A stretch of DNA of 55,807 nt from a virus. Its lineage: Duplodnaviria; Caudoviricetes. The notes beneath the pieces are model-generated. The model was not told the origin of the DNA. It was given only the letters and a program-made list of their open reading frames with translations, and did no database searches. Below are positions 30,791-39,036 of the stretch, piece after piece. The number at the start of each line of letters is the position of its first letter. Positions within the stretch are counted from its first letter, which is position 1. The translations under genes and the position numbers were made by a program. The DNA is taken from positions 1 to 55,807 of IMG/VR virus record IMGVR_UViG_3300017963_000313. One strand, written 5' to 3'.

Positions 30791-31622
30791 CTTCTTCACC
30801 TATCAAAACTGCATTACTAGCTGCTAAAGTATTAATATCTGCATATTTAGCATTGAGTTCTTGGATAATTGGTTCTGTTAATAGTTGTTTGGTTTGCTGT
30901 GGGGTAATGGGAGACTTGACCTTATGTAGGTTCATACCATAGTATGTGTCGTCCTCATGAGTAATTTGTCTGACGTTCTGTGTATCGTATTTAAACTTTG
31001 GTAGTTCTAACCCTGTATGAATACTGTCTAATACTGTGTCTGGATGATTAATGAATAATTCATAAGGAACTATCATAAGCCTATCTTCTTTTCTCTGTAT
31101 GGCATCTCTGACAATATTAATCGGATGACCAACCATACCAGCATCACTAAACCAAGCTTTAATTCTACCTTCTATTGTCACCTGGGAGGCTATCTCTGTT
31201 TCTCCACCATATGCCCAATCAACTCCTTTATTCCTATACAAGTGTTCAAAAGATGACCCAATATCGGCCACATTTCTTACCATCATGATAACAGTAATCT
31301 TCTCTTCCAAACACTGTTCTACTTCCTCAATATAGCGGGGCCAGCTACGATTCTTCTCAAATATTACCCTACCTCCCTCAAATTCGTCTTTAAAGTATCC
31401 ACGTAAAAATCCCCCCATGGCGTTAACTATGCGGGGTTTTACTGTCTCTAATCCCTCGGCCTGAAATTCGGAAAACCCTTTCCAGGCATTCTGAGTGTTA
31501 ATAAATAGTTCAATTAGTCCGCTAGTCGGAGTTACGTGGTGTGCTGGGTTTTGCCCTAACACATTCATTAATAGTGTCGAGCCACTCCGTGGTAAGCCCG
31601 CCACGAACACCATTCTTCCCAT
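30780..31622 (-). CDS. PAPS-dependent sulfotransferase
   Basis: AGLPRSGSTLL (5'-PSB loop), VRNVADIGSS (3'-PB) and VPYE. Confidence 0.88.
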   Translation of the reverse strand: MGRMVFVAGLPRSGSTLLMNVLGQNPAHHVTPTSGLIELFINTQNAWKGFSEFQAEGLETVKPRIVNAMGGFLRGYFKDEFEGGRVIFEKNRSWPRYIEEVEQCLEEKITVIMMVRNVADIGSSFEHLYRNKGVDWAYGGETEIASQVTIEGRIKAWFSDAGMVGHPINIVRDAIQRKEDRLMIVPYELFINHPDTVLDSIHTGLELPKFKYDTQNVRQITHEDDTYYGMNLHKVKSPITPQQTKQLLTEPIIQELNAKYADINTLAASNAVLIGEEDAN

Positions 31623-31642
31623 GTCCTATCCTTATTTATATA

Positions 31643-31963
31643 TTATAGTATGCCTTGAGCCTTTCCAACGATTTCAAGGGCGTCAATCACACCATCAACG
31701 ACATCATTAATATCACTATTAGCCGCTGATAATTGTTCAAGACTATTAATGCTTACTAGTTTTCTGTCTTCAGATACATCACTCAGTTCCCACGTATCGT
31801 TATCGCTATTGTGCCTACCTTTAATAAAGACTGCATCAGCACATGTGTCTCTGTCTGGATGTGCAGAAATAATTAATTCTTTTAAATACCACTTATCATA
31901 GGTCACTTCAGGCTGGGCGGGTTTAGTACTTGTACTTTCCGCATCAATTTTTTTAAAACCCAT
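31643..31963 (-). CDS. hypothetical protein (possible fibre chaperone)
   Basis: Follows the fibre gene and has an AAGGA RBS. Confidence 0.5.
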   Translation of the reverse strand: MGFKKIDAESTSTKPAQPEVTYDKWYLKELIISAHPDRDTCADAVFIKGRHNSDNDTWELSDVSEDRKLVSINSLEQLSAANSDINDVVDGVIDALEIVGKAQGIL

Positions 31964-31974
31964 TATTTATCCTT

Positions 31975-34173
31975 TTATGTATATTTGACTTCGGTTGCTA
32001 AAACATGTGCCACCCAATTAACTTGTACTCCAGATGCTACATTATTACTTACCTGTATGGCTAGCGAATTATTACTGTTATCGCCCGATACTTGTGCTAA
32101 GTACGAAGCGGCATCTGTAGCAACAGAGGTTAATGCTTGTGGACTGCCGCCAACTAACGATACTGTACTACCAGAACGTTTAATAACACCTTCTCCTGTA
32201 AACCCAAAGGCAACATCAGCATCCCGTTCCTGACCGACTAACAGGATACTAAATACCCAACTTGTGTCTTGAGGAATAGTAAGTAATTTAGAGGAACCGT
32301 CTAAAAATAGCTCTGTCCAACTAGTGTCTGAGTGTGTCACATCATTTCTAGCAACAAACCGCGAAGATTGTGCTTCACCTCTACCCCCGGTAAAACTTCC
32401 AGCAGCAAAAGCCTGTTGTGCAAATTTATCTGTTTGAGCACGAGTACCGCCTAAAATAGTTCCATATTTTTCAGAATCCGCAACAGTATTTCTAGAACCA
32501 CCAACAATAGTGGCATAATCAGAAGCACGAGAAGTGCTATATACACGATGTTGGAAACCACCAATAACTGTAGTTCTATATGCATCATATAATTTTTGGT
32601 TTTTGCCAAATACAATTTGTGATGCGGCACCAACTCTACTATTGGCATCAACTCCAACCATAATACAGTCTGTACTATTGACCGTTCCATTATATGAACC
32701 AATAATAGTAGTAGACGTTGAGCTTGCAGTATTTCCACGGCCACCCAAGATAACCGCTCTTTTACCAGTAGCCGTATTGTTGTATCCACCAGCAATAAAT
32801 GTGTAGTCGCCATATGCTTGATTGCCAGAACCACCAGCAATGACAGAATATTTACCACTAGCCACCTGATTATTAGCACTTCTTTGCATTTGTAAGTCAA
32901 CAGCACCTTCACCTCTGGCGTTACCACCATCGTCCAACATAAATGCACCATCACCATTAGGCTTCAATACCATATCTTGATTCGTAACATTAGAGGTAAT
33001 GATATAGCTTCCCATGTTCAAATTAGCACCCAGTGTTGGGGTAGGGTCTTCAATAAGGCCTGTAATACCACCGCCCCCACCACTAGCCAAGTCTACAATA
33101 CCCTGAACACTAATACGTCGTAGGGTTCCAGGGCTATCTGTCATACCCGTACCAGTAATAGCAATGAGAAAATCGCCAGTAGTAGCTGCTACTAGAGTTT
33201 GCCCCATGATATCAACATCTAAAGTACTACTAGTAGTAAGGTCTCCACCACCAGCTAATCCAGTACCCGACAAAATAAATACGCTAGAATGGTCTGTATG
33301 TTCATCAGACAAATAGTTTTGTAAGATATTATGGTCAATGCCCGTAGCATCTGCCGATAGGGTTATATTACCATCAATAGTACCCCCACCTTTTACTCCG
33401 CTGGCTCCGATAACAGACACAGCCGTATGGTCTATATGTTCGTTAGAAACAAAATTAGTAGTTTGGTCATGGTCTACATCTGAGTGATTTAAAGAAATGG
33501 TGCGAGATACATCAATATAACCACCTCCAGATAAAATACCGTCCCCGGTTACAAAAACAGTACTATGGTCTATATGCTCATTAGCCACATAATTCTGTAG
33601 GCTATCGTGGTCAATGCCCGTAGCATCTGCCGACAATGTAATATTACCATCAATAGTGCCTCCACCCTGGACACCACTAGCGCCTGTAACAGATACCGTA
33701 GTGTGGTCTATATGCTCATTGGACACATAGTTGGAAAGAGCATCATGGTCTATTTCAGAAGGTACATATACAAAGGTTAAGTCATTGGCATTCTCTATAA
33801 TGTTAATACCTGTCTCTGGAATAAAAGAGCGGAATTCTAAATCCACACCTGTCTTCTGTTTGAAAACACCAGAACCCGTACCCTGATTAGATGCCGTATT
33901 AGCTTGACCAGCACTTCCACCAAGGGCATCAATAGCCTGTTTAACACGCAGTCCCGTAAATAGTTTGGGGGCAATGCCCGTACCGGCTTCGGCTTCGGCC
34001 TGTGTGATAATATCTGTACCTTGACCGGGACCATCCCCAGTATTAGAACTAAGGAGGGAATCAACTATATCAGTTAGTTGGTCGTTAAGAACAACCGCTG
34101 TAATATCGCCAGCATTATTTGTTGCAATATTAGCATCAATATCTGTATTTAGGTCTGCTCTACTCTTTGCCAT
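31975..34173 (-). CDS. fibre-like protein with His-rich 46-aa repeats and a YadA-like beta-roll head
   Basis: Four IDH...EHIDH repeats; SVIAGGSGNQA-type repeats. Confidence 0.75.
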   Translation of the reverse strand: MAKSRADLNTDIDANIATNNAGDITAVVLNDQLTDIVDSLLSSNTGDGPGQGTDIITQAEAEAGTGIAPKLFTGLRVKQAIDALGGSAGQANTASNQGTGSGVFKQKTGVDLEFRSFIPETGINIIENANDLTFVYVPSEIDHDALSNYVSNEHIDHTTVSVTGASGVQGGGTIDGNITLSADATGIDHDSLQNYVANEHIDHSTVFVTGDGILSGGGYIDVSRTISLNHSDVDHDQTTNFVSNEHIDHTAVSVIGASGVKGGGTIDGNITLSADATGIDHNILQNYLSDEHTDHSSVFILSGTGLAGGGDLTTSSTLDVDIMGQTLVAATTGDFLIAITGTGMTDSPGTLRRISVQGIVDLASGGGGGITGLIEDPTPTLGANLNMGSYIITSNVTNQDMVLKPNGDGAFMLDDGGNARGEGAVDLQMQRSANNQVASGKYSVIAGGSGNQAYGDYTFIAGGYNNTATGKRAVILGGRGNTASSTSTTIIGSYNGTVNSTDCIMVGVDANSRVGAASQIVFGKNQKLYDAYRTTVIGGFQHRVYSTSRASDYATIVGGSRNTVADSEKYGTILGGTRAQTDKFAQQAFAAGSFTGGRGEAQSSRFVARNDVTHSDTSWTELFLDGSSKLLTIPQDTSWVFSILLVGQERDADVAFGFTGEGVIKRSGSTVSLVGGSPQALTSVATDAASYLAQVSGDNSNNSLAIQVSNNVASGVQVNWVAHVLATEVKYT
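33202..33753 (-). repeat. four tandem ~138-bp (46-aa) coding repeats
   Basis: Units 1 and 3 share GGGTIDGNITLSADATG; GGTCAATGCCCGTAGCATCTGCCGA occurs twice. Confidence 0.85.
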
Positions 34174-35120
34174 TATAAATCACCATATGTTAGTGCGGTT
34201 CCACTGTTGTATAGGAATTCTTTTTCGTCATCTGTTATTAGTCTGGACCAGTATGCCGCTTCATCTACATAACCATCAACAGCAAATGTAACATCAATAT
34301 TGCCATTGGAACCCATTGTAAAATCACCCGTTCCTTCAAACACTCCACCAGAATGTGCAGCAGTAGTATATCCACCTATTGGGTCGCCAGCCTTTGTTAC
34401 TGAAATTTTTACCAAGTCGTTTACAGAATCATATGCTCCTACTACAAAGTACCATGTTTCTACTAGGGGCGAGGTTGGGTGTTGCGCTCTACCTAAACCT
34501 GCAAAAGTACCATCGCTAGTTACGTTAAATTCTAATTTTTGTCCTACTGTATTCATTTGCAATAACCACTCTCTTTGGTCTCCAGCAGGCAACCAAATAC
34601 CAGCTATACTTTGAAAACTAGTAAGACTACCTGTTTTAAACTTAACCCAACACGCAAAAGTAAAGTCCGAATTACCGGGGGATAGGTCGTTAGCTGAAAG
34701 AGAGTGTATAAGTGTGTCATTGCTACCACGAGTAAATTCTACGGCATAATTAACACCATCGGCCCCAGTATCTCTGCCCGGAGCAGTAGCCACAATCGTC
34801 ATATCTAAACCGTCATGACTATCTACTCTATTTGAAGTACCGTCTTCTTCTAGTCCCCAATAGGCAACCATTCCCGTTTTAATAGAGTCTGCGCTAGCCA
34901 ACATGCCCCCTTTATAATAGCGAGGGTCGTCAAATCTATCTTGTAATGCTGTTGGAGTACCAGTTAGCCATACGTCACACACATTATTTGAAGCAATATC
35001 TAGTGGACTATAACGTGCAAAATCAGACCTATTATGACCAAAGCCATGCATAGTAATGGCTCCGTGGGTCGCGTTTGTGTTTTGGGTACCACTGGTATCA
35101 AAAATATCTAAAACTGTCAT
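34173..35120 (-). CDS. LamG virion protein with shared N-terminal module (paralog A)
   Basis: GMVAYW, DFTFACW, WYFVVG and VDEAAYWSR motifs. Confidence 0.8.
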   Translation of the reverse strand: MTVLDIFDTSGTQNTNATHGAITMHGFGHNRSDFARYSPLDIASNNVCDVWLTGTPTALQDRFDDPRYYKGGMLASADSIKTGMVAYWGLEEDGTSNRVDSHDGLDMTIVATAPGRDTGADGVNYAVEFTRGSNDTLIHSLSANDLSPGNSDFTFACWVKFKTGSLTSFQSIAGIWLPAGDQREWLLQMNTVGQKLEFNVTSDGTFAGLGRAQHPTSPLVETWYFVVGAYDSVNDLVKISVTKAGDPIGGYTTAAHSGGVFEGTGDFTMGSNGNIDVTFAVDGYVDEAAYWSRLITDDEKEFLYNSGTALTYGDL

Positions 35121-36034
35121 TACAAGTCACTATATGTTAGTGGTATTCCTCCGTTGTATAGTGCGGTTTTTTCTGCTTCGTTTAATAGTCTAGACCAAAA
35201 AGCCGCTTCGTCTATGTATGCATCTGCTTGGTCTCCTAGGTTTGAGTCTGCCCCAATAACAAAAGAGGCCAATCCCTCATAAACCCCATCGGCAAAGCTC
35301 TCTGTAGTATAGTCGCCACCGTCTACAGAAATCTTCATTAAATCATTATTGGAGTCATAAGAACCTATCACTAAATACCAAGTGTCTGCCGATAAAGAAG
35401 TACCATGAGATACGACACCATTTCCAGAGTCAGTACCATCTGGACTAATTTGCATTTTGATGTCACCGTCTCCTGCTCCATCATAATATATCTTCCACTC
35501 TCTGTTTGCCGGTGATACCCATATACCAGAAATTACTTGTGTTTCACTAATGTTGGCAGCTTTAAGATATATCCAACAGGCAAACGTAAAATCACTATCT
35601 CCGGGAGATACTCCATTAGTTGGAGAAAAGCTAGGAAGATTATTAGCACCACGAACAAGATTAATAGCATAATTCACACCATCTTTACTCAATACTCTGG
35701 CAGCATCAACAATAAGGCTTAAATCATTACTTCCATGAGAATCAAATCTTGTAGAGGACGCTTCTTCAAAAGCCCAATATGAAAGTAATCCAGTCGTTAA
35801 ATCAACAACACCATTTTCACTACCCTTATAATATCTAGGATTATCAAATCTATCTTCGATATTAGTTGGATTACCAGTTGTCCAAATTGTACCCACATCA
35901 GATGTAGGTGTAGTATTTGGAACCAGCCTTGCAAAGTCTGACCTGTTATGGCCAAATCCATGCATGGTAATGCCGCCATGTGTGGCCGTAGTATTTTGAG
36001 TGCCACTAGTATCAAAAATATCTAATGAAACCAT
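35120..36034 (-). CDS. LamG virion protein with shared N-terminal module (paralog B)
   Basis: GLLSYW, DFTFACW, WYLVIG and IDEAAFWSR motifs. Confidence 0.8.
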   Translation of the reverse strand: MVSLDIFDTSGTQNTTATHGGITMHGFGHNRSDFARLVPNTTPTSDVGTIWTTGNPTNIEDRFDNPRYYKGSENGVVDLTTGLLSYWAFEEASSTRFDSHGSNDLSLIVDAARVLSKDGVNYAINLVRGANNLPSFSPTNGVSPGDSDFTFACWIYLKAANISETQVISGIWVSPANREWKIYYDGAGDGDIKMQISPDGTDSGNGVVSHGTSLSADTWYLVIGSYDSNNDLMKISVDGGDYTTESFADGVYEGLASFVIGADSNLGDQADAYIDEAAFWSRLLNEAEKTALYNGGIPLTYSDL

Positions 36035-36270
36035 TAGCTGGGCGTATCTCCACTATAGTAACGTGGGTCATCAAATCTGTCTTCCAGAGCAGTAGGATTA
36101 CCAGTTGTCCAAATATCGTCTAGAGTTGTGGTAGAAACATCTCCTGGACTATATGTGTCAAGCAAATAATCTTTTTGTCTACCCCCGGTGTTAACAGATA
36201 CAATACCGTGTGTCGCTGTCCCACTAGGAGTACCGCTGGAATTAAAAATATCCAAAGGATATGTTGCCAT
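36034..36270 (-). CDS. 78-aa stand-alone copy of the shared N-terminal module
   Basis: LDIF.SG...ATHG...IWTTGNPTALEDRFDDPRYY is shared with the two downstream genes. Confidence 0.8.
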   Translation of the reverse strand: MATYPLDIFNSSGTPSGTATHGIVSVNTGGRQKDYLLDTYSPGDVSTTTLDDIWTTGNPTALEDRFDDPRYYSGDTPS

Positions 36271-36285
36271 TGTTATTTACCTTTC

Positions 36286-36873
36286 TTAATGCCTGTGTGT
36301 ATGGTGTCCAAATCCATGGCCATGGCTAAAACTATCTGGATAAATAGAAGTATTACCAAAGTTTGTACTATGACCACGACCTGTAGGCAGACTTTGTGGG
36401 TCAAAATTATTACCAATAAACGGACTCAAAATTGCCTTGACAACACGTGTATCTCCAAACTGATGTTGGGTTTTTAGTGTTTCATATGCGGCACAGGGGC
36501 CAGATTCTAACAGTTCTTTAAAACCGTCTATATGTTTAAGTGTTCGTAATACAGCAGCACCACATCTAGCTTCTACGCCCGCCACCAATGCTTTAGTTCT
36601 AAAAGTACTCCAATCTGCTGTGCAGGCCGCTTTTAGTACTGTCAAATTAGTGTATGCAGGGTCTAATGTACTACTTACCGTTGGGTCTGGAGAAATATTA
36701 GGAACATCGATATTAATAGTATATGTGGTTGTTAAGTTAACTTCCTGCTGTACAAAGTGGGCGGAAACAACCAGTATTTGTTGTAGTCTTTTATCTGTAT
36801 ATGAATAATTATCCGAGTCTGTATCATTAATTAGAACACGGAGCATTGTTACCATTGTTTTATTCCACGCCAT
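36286..36873 (-). CDS. head-tail connector/adaptor
   Basis: LRVLINDTD...YTDKRL N-terminus typical of adaptor proteins; synteny. Confidence 0.65.
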   Translation of the reverse strand: MAWNKTMVTMLRVLINDTDSDNYSYTDKRLQQILVVSAHFVQQEVNLTTTYTINIDVPNISPDPTVSSTLDPAYTNLTVLKAACTADWSTFRTKALVAGVEARCGAAVLRTLKHIDGFKELLESGPCAAYETLKTQHQFGDTRVVKAILSPFIGNNFDPQSLPTGRGHSTNFGNTSIYPDSFSHGHGFGHHTHRH

Positions 36874-36884
36874 ACTACTAAACC

Positions 36885-37208
36885 TTAAATTAAATTACAA
36901 TGTACTGGTAATGTGCCTGTGTCCGAATACCACTCATGAGTACCCGTAGTTTCCACTTTTACTTGGTATTTCCAATCTCCTTCCACATCTAATAGTCCAC
37001 TGGGAATGATATATGATACCTTACCGTCTGAACCATCTGTATGCAAAGAGCCAACGCCAGTAGCGGTGGTAAAATCGGGCTTACAGAAAATAAACGTCCA
37101 AGTATCGAAACCACTGGCTGTAGAGACATTAACGGGAACACCGTCGTCTAATACCGTGATGACAAGCTTGGTTCCAATATCTCCTACATGTAGTTCTTCT
37201 GCTGCCAT
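36885..37208 (-). CDS. BppU-N-like beta-sandwich virion protein
   Basis: GD.G...KPD...DGKVSY...GDWKYQV pattern. Confidence 0.5.
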   Translation of the reverse strand: MAAEELHVGDIGTKLVITVLDDGVPVNVSTASGFDTWTFIFCKPDFTTATGVGSLHTDGSDGKVSYIIPSGLLDVEGDWKYQVKVETTGTHEWYSDTGTLPVHCNLI

Positions 37209-37405
37209 TATAATATTCTCGTGTGGTTAACTTGTCGTTCTATTGTGCGAGAGTGTGTAACCATTTGCTCAATATCCAATTGGTGGGTTACACATTGTTC
37301 TATAGTGCGTGTATCGGTAACTATTACCACCGGGAGGGTAGCGGCGCTACACGAAGCTAGCCTCAAAAAGTCTGCACTAAAATCACAGTTAAAATCTTGA
37401 GACAT
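37208..37405 (-). CDS. 65-aa hypothetical protein with short IEQxVTH repeats
   Basis: IEQCVTH / IEQMVTH / IERQVNH; TAATG coupling. Confidence 0.55.
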   Translation of the reverse strand: MSQDFNCDFSADFLRLASCSAATLPVVIVTDTRTIEQCVTHQLDIEQMVTHSRTIERQVNHTRIL

Positions 37406-37437
37406 ATATTCACCCTATAATATAACAACTTCTAAAC

Positions 37438-37448
37438 AATAATACACC
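37438..37448 (-). promoter_or_regulatory. putative late promoter GGTGTATTATT
   Basis: Intergenic, just downstream of the capsid terminator. Confidence 0.5.
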
Positions 37449-37495
37449 TATCAGAAGTTTTGATAAATGTTCTAAATGACAACTTTTATAAACAT

Positions 37496-37527
37496 AAAAA
37501 AACTGGCCGAGTTTTCACCCGACCAGT
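37496..37527 (-). terminator. intrinsic terminator after the major capsid gene
   Basis: ACTGGTCGGGT-GAAA-ACTCGGCCAGT followed by a T-run. Confidence 0.88.
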
Positions 37528-37549
37528 CTTTATTAGTCAGTAAGTAAAC

Positions 37550-38566
37550 TTACATGCTCATCAAGATAACTCGACGATTGTCAAGAGCGGCAAAGCCATG
37601 CTCGGCCCAACCGTAGACACCGGCTCGTCTCTGACGATGAAGGGTATCATCCTCGAAGATTTGCACCTGCTCACGGATTGGCATCACAAAGCTGTCATTC
37701 TTGCTCAAGTCAAGACCAACCAAGATTTCTACGTCACCAGTCGGTACACTAGCAGCCAACTCGTTCTCATAGAACAATTGATATTCTTGACCTTCACCAA
37801 GCTCATCAATATCGTGCAAGTTCACGCCAAAGATGTTGCTAATAGCATTATCTTCGCGGGACACGAAAATCTGACGACGAGTGATTTCGTCAACTTGGTC
37901 AACATTCCAGTTACGAATATCTTCCATGCCTTCTGGGCTCAGATAGATATCAGTAAGTTTACCGCGATTATTGGAAGTGGAGTTACCACCACCATTACGT
38001 CGCATAACGGTCTTACCAAGGCTAACAAGGCGCTTAGTAAACTGACCTTGGGAAGCGTCACTATCAAGGACGACAATGTTACGGTCAACGCCTGCGGCGA
38101 GCAAGGTGTGCCAACCATCGTCATTAGTCTTCTTGACAAACTGACCTTCCATAACTTCAAGGGCACGACTAACTACATCCCAACGCGCATCACGAGCATA
38201 CTTAAGGTTCCAGTCAATAGCTGCACCGATATCGTATGTTGGGACTTGCACATAGTCACCTTCCACATGTCGCTGCGGAATGTAACCATGATTAGGAATA
38301 GTGAATGCCACAAAGTCTTTTTCAGTTCCCGGCGCAAGGAAGTCTAGCGGGAATTCCGAAGTACTATTCGAGTCCAACTGAATGGGCTCAAAAATACCAT
38401 CGAGAATATCACCATTAAGAATACCTTTACGCAACGGCAACTCAAGAGCCTTCGCAATTTCATGCGTGTTGTTCAAAGACTCTTCTTTATTCATAGAACC
38501 AGAAGCACGCAACACATCGTTAAGCATCTTTTGTTCTTCTGGTGTGAAGATTTCTCTATCAGCCAT
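37550..38566 (-). CDS. major capsid protein (HK97 fold)
   Basis: 338 aa, after the protease/scaffold and decoration genes, with biased codon usage and a terminator. C-terminal GVYGWAEHGFAALD. Confidence 0.85.
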   Translation of the reverse strand: MADREIFTPEEQKMLNDVLRASGSMNKEESLNNTHEIAKALELPLRKGILNGDILDGIFEPIQLDSNSTSEFPLDFLAPGTEKDFVAFTIPNHGYIPQRHVEGDYVQVPTYDIGAAIDWNLKYARDARWDVVSRALEVMEGQFVKKTNDDGWHTLLAAGVDRNIVVLDSDASQGQFTKRLVSLGKTVMRRNGGGNSTSNNRGKLTDIYLSPEGMEDIRNWNVDQVDEITRRQIFVSREDNAISNIFGVNLHDIDELGEGQEYQLFYENELAASVPTGDVEILVGLDLSKNDSFVMPIREQVQIFEDDTLHRQRRAGVYGWAEHGFAALDNRRVILMSM

Positions 38567-38584
38567 TATTTGCGTATCTCCTGT

Positions 38585-39034
38585 TTAAGCTATATCTACA
38601 TCAACGGCAGCATAACCGTCTGAATCAACAATACTTCTCCAGTAACCAACTGTGCGTTCAGCAGGAAGAGTTACTGTAAGAGTACCATCGCCAGTATTGA
38701 AACCAACACCAGAACCGACAATGGGAACTTCCCCACTACCAATCGAGTTAGTCACAACTCTACCGCGAGATAGAACCGTTACCTTACCACCAATTTGAGT
38801 TTCATCTTTGTGCTGATTCAAATGCTGGCGAGTCAGGTCGAGATTAACAACGTCGTTAAGCAGGATACCAGCACAGTTACCAGCGCCAGTTCCGACAACA
38901 TTGCCAGAATCGTCCAGAGCAACACCTGAACCAGAACTTACATGAACAACAGCAATACCACGAGTAGCAGTTTGATTCATAAAATAGCTAATCTCAGTAC
39001 CGTCTGTATATTTTCTATCTGGTTTAAGAGCCAT
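38585..39034 (-). CDS. capsid decoration/cement protein
   Basis: Small and Gly-rich (GILLNDVV...GGKVTV); lies between scaffold and capsid genes. Confidence 0.65.
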   Translation of the reverse strand: MALKPDRKYTDGTEISYFMNQTATRGIAVVHVSSGSGVALDDSGNVVGTGAGNCAGILLNDVVNLDLTRQHLNQHKDETQIGGKVTVLSRGRVVTNSIGSGEVPIVGSGVGFNTGDGTLTVTLPAERTVGYWRSIVDSDGYAAVDVDIA

Positions 39035-39036
39035 AT

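Noticed and set aside
33202-36270. DGR template/variable repeats or a CRISPR array
   Set aside because: Repeats are in-frame coding duplications with differences not limited to adenines. No reverse transcriptase, cas gene or repeat-spacer periodicity is seen.
26976-36873. Contractile tail sheath gene
   Set aside because: No sheath-sized gene lies upstream of the tube and no baseplate wedge-like gene was recognised.
37598-38347. 249-aa plus-strand ORF antisense to the major capsid gene
   Set aside because: No recognisable motifs; long antisense frames are a common by-product of codon bias in highly expressed genes.
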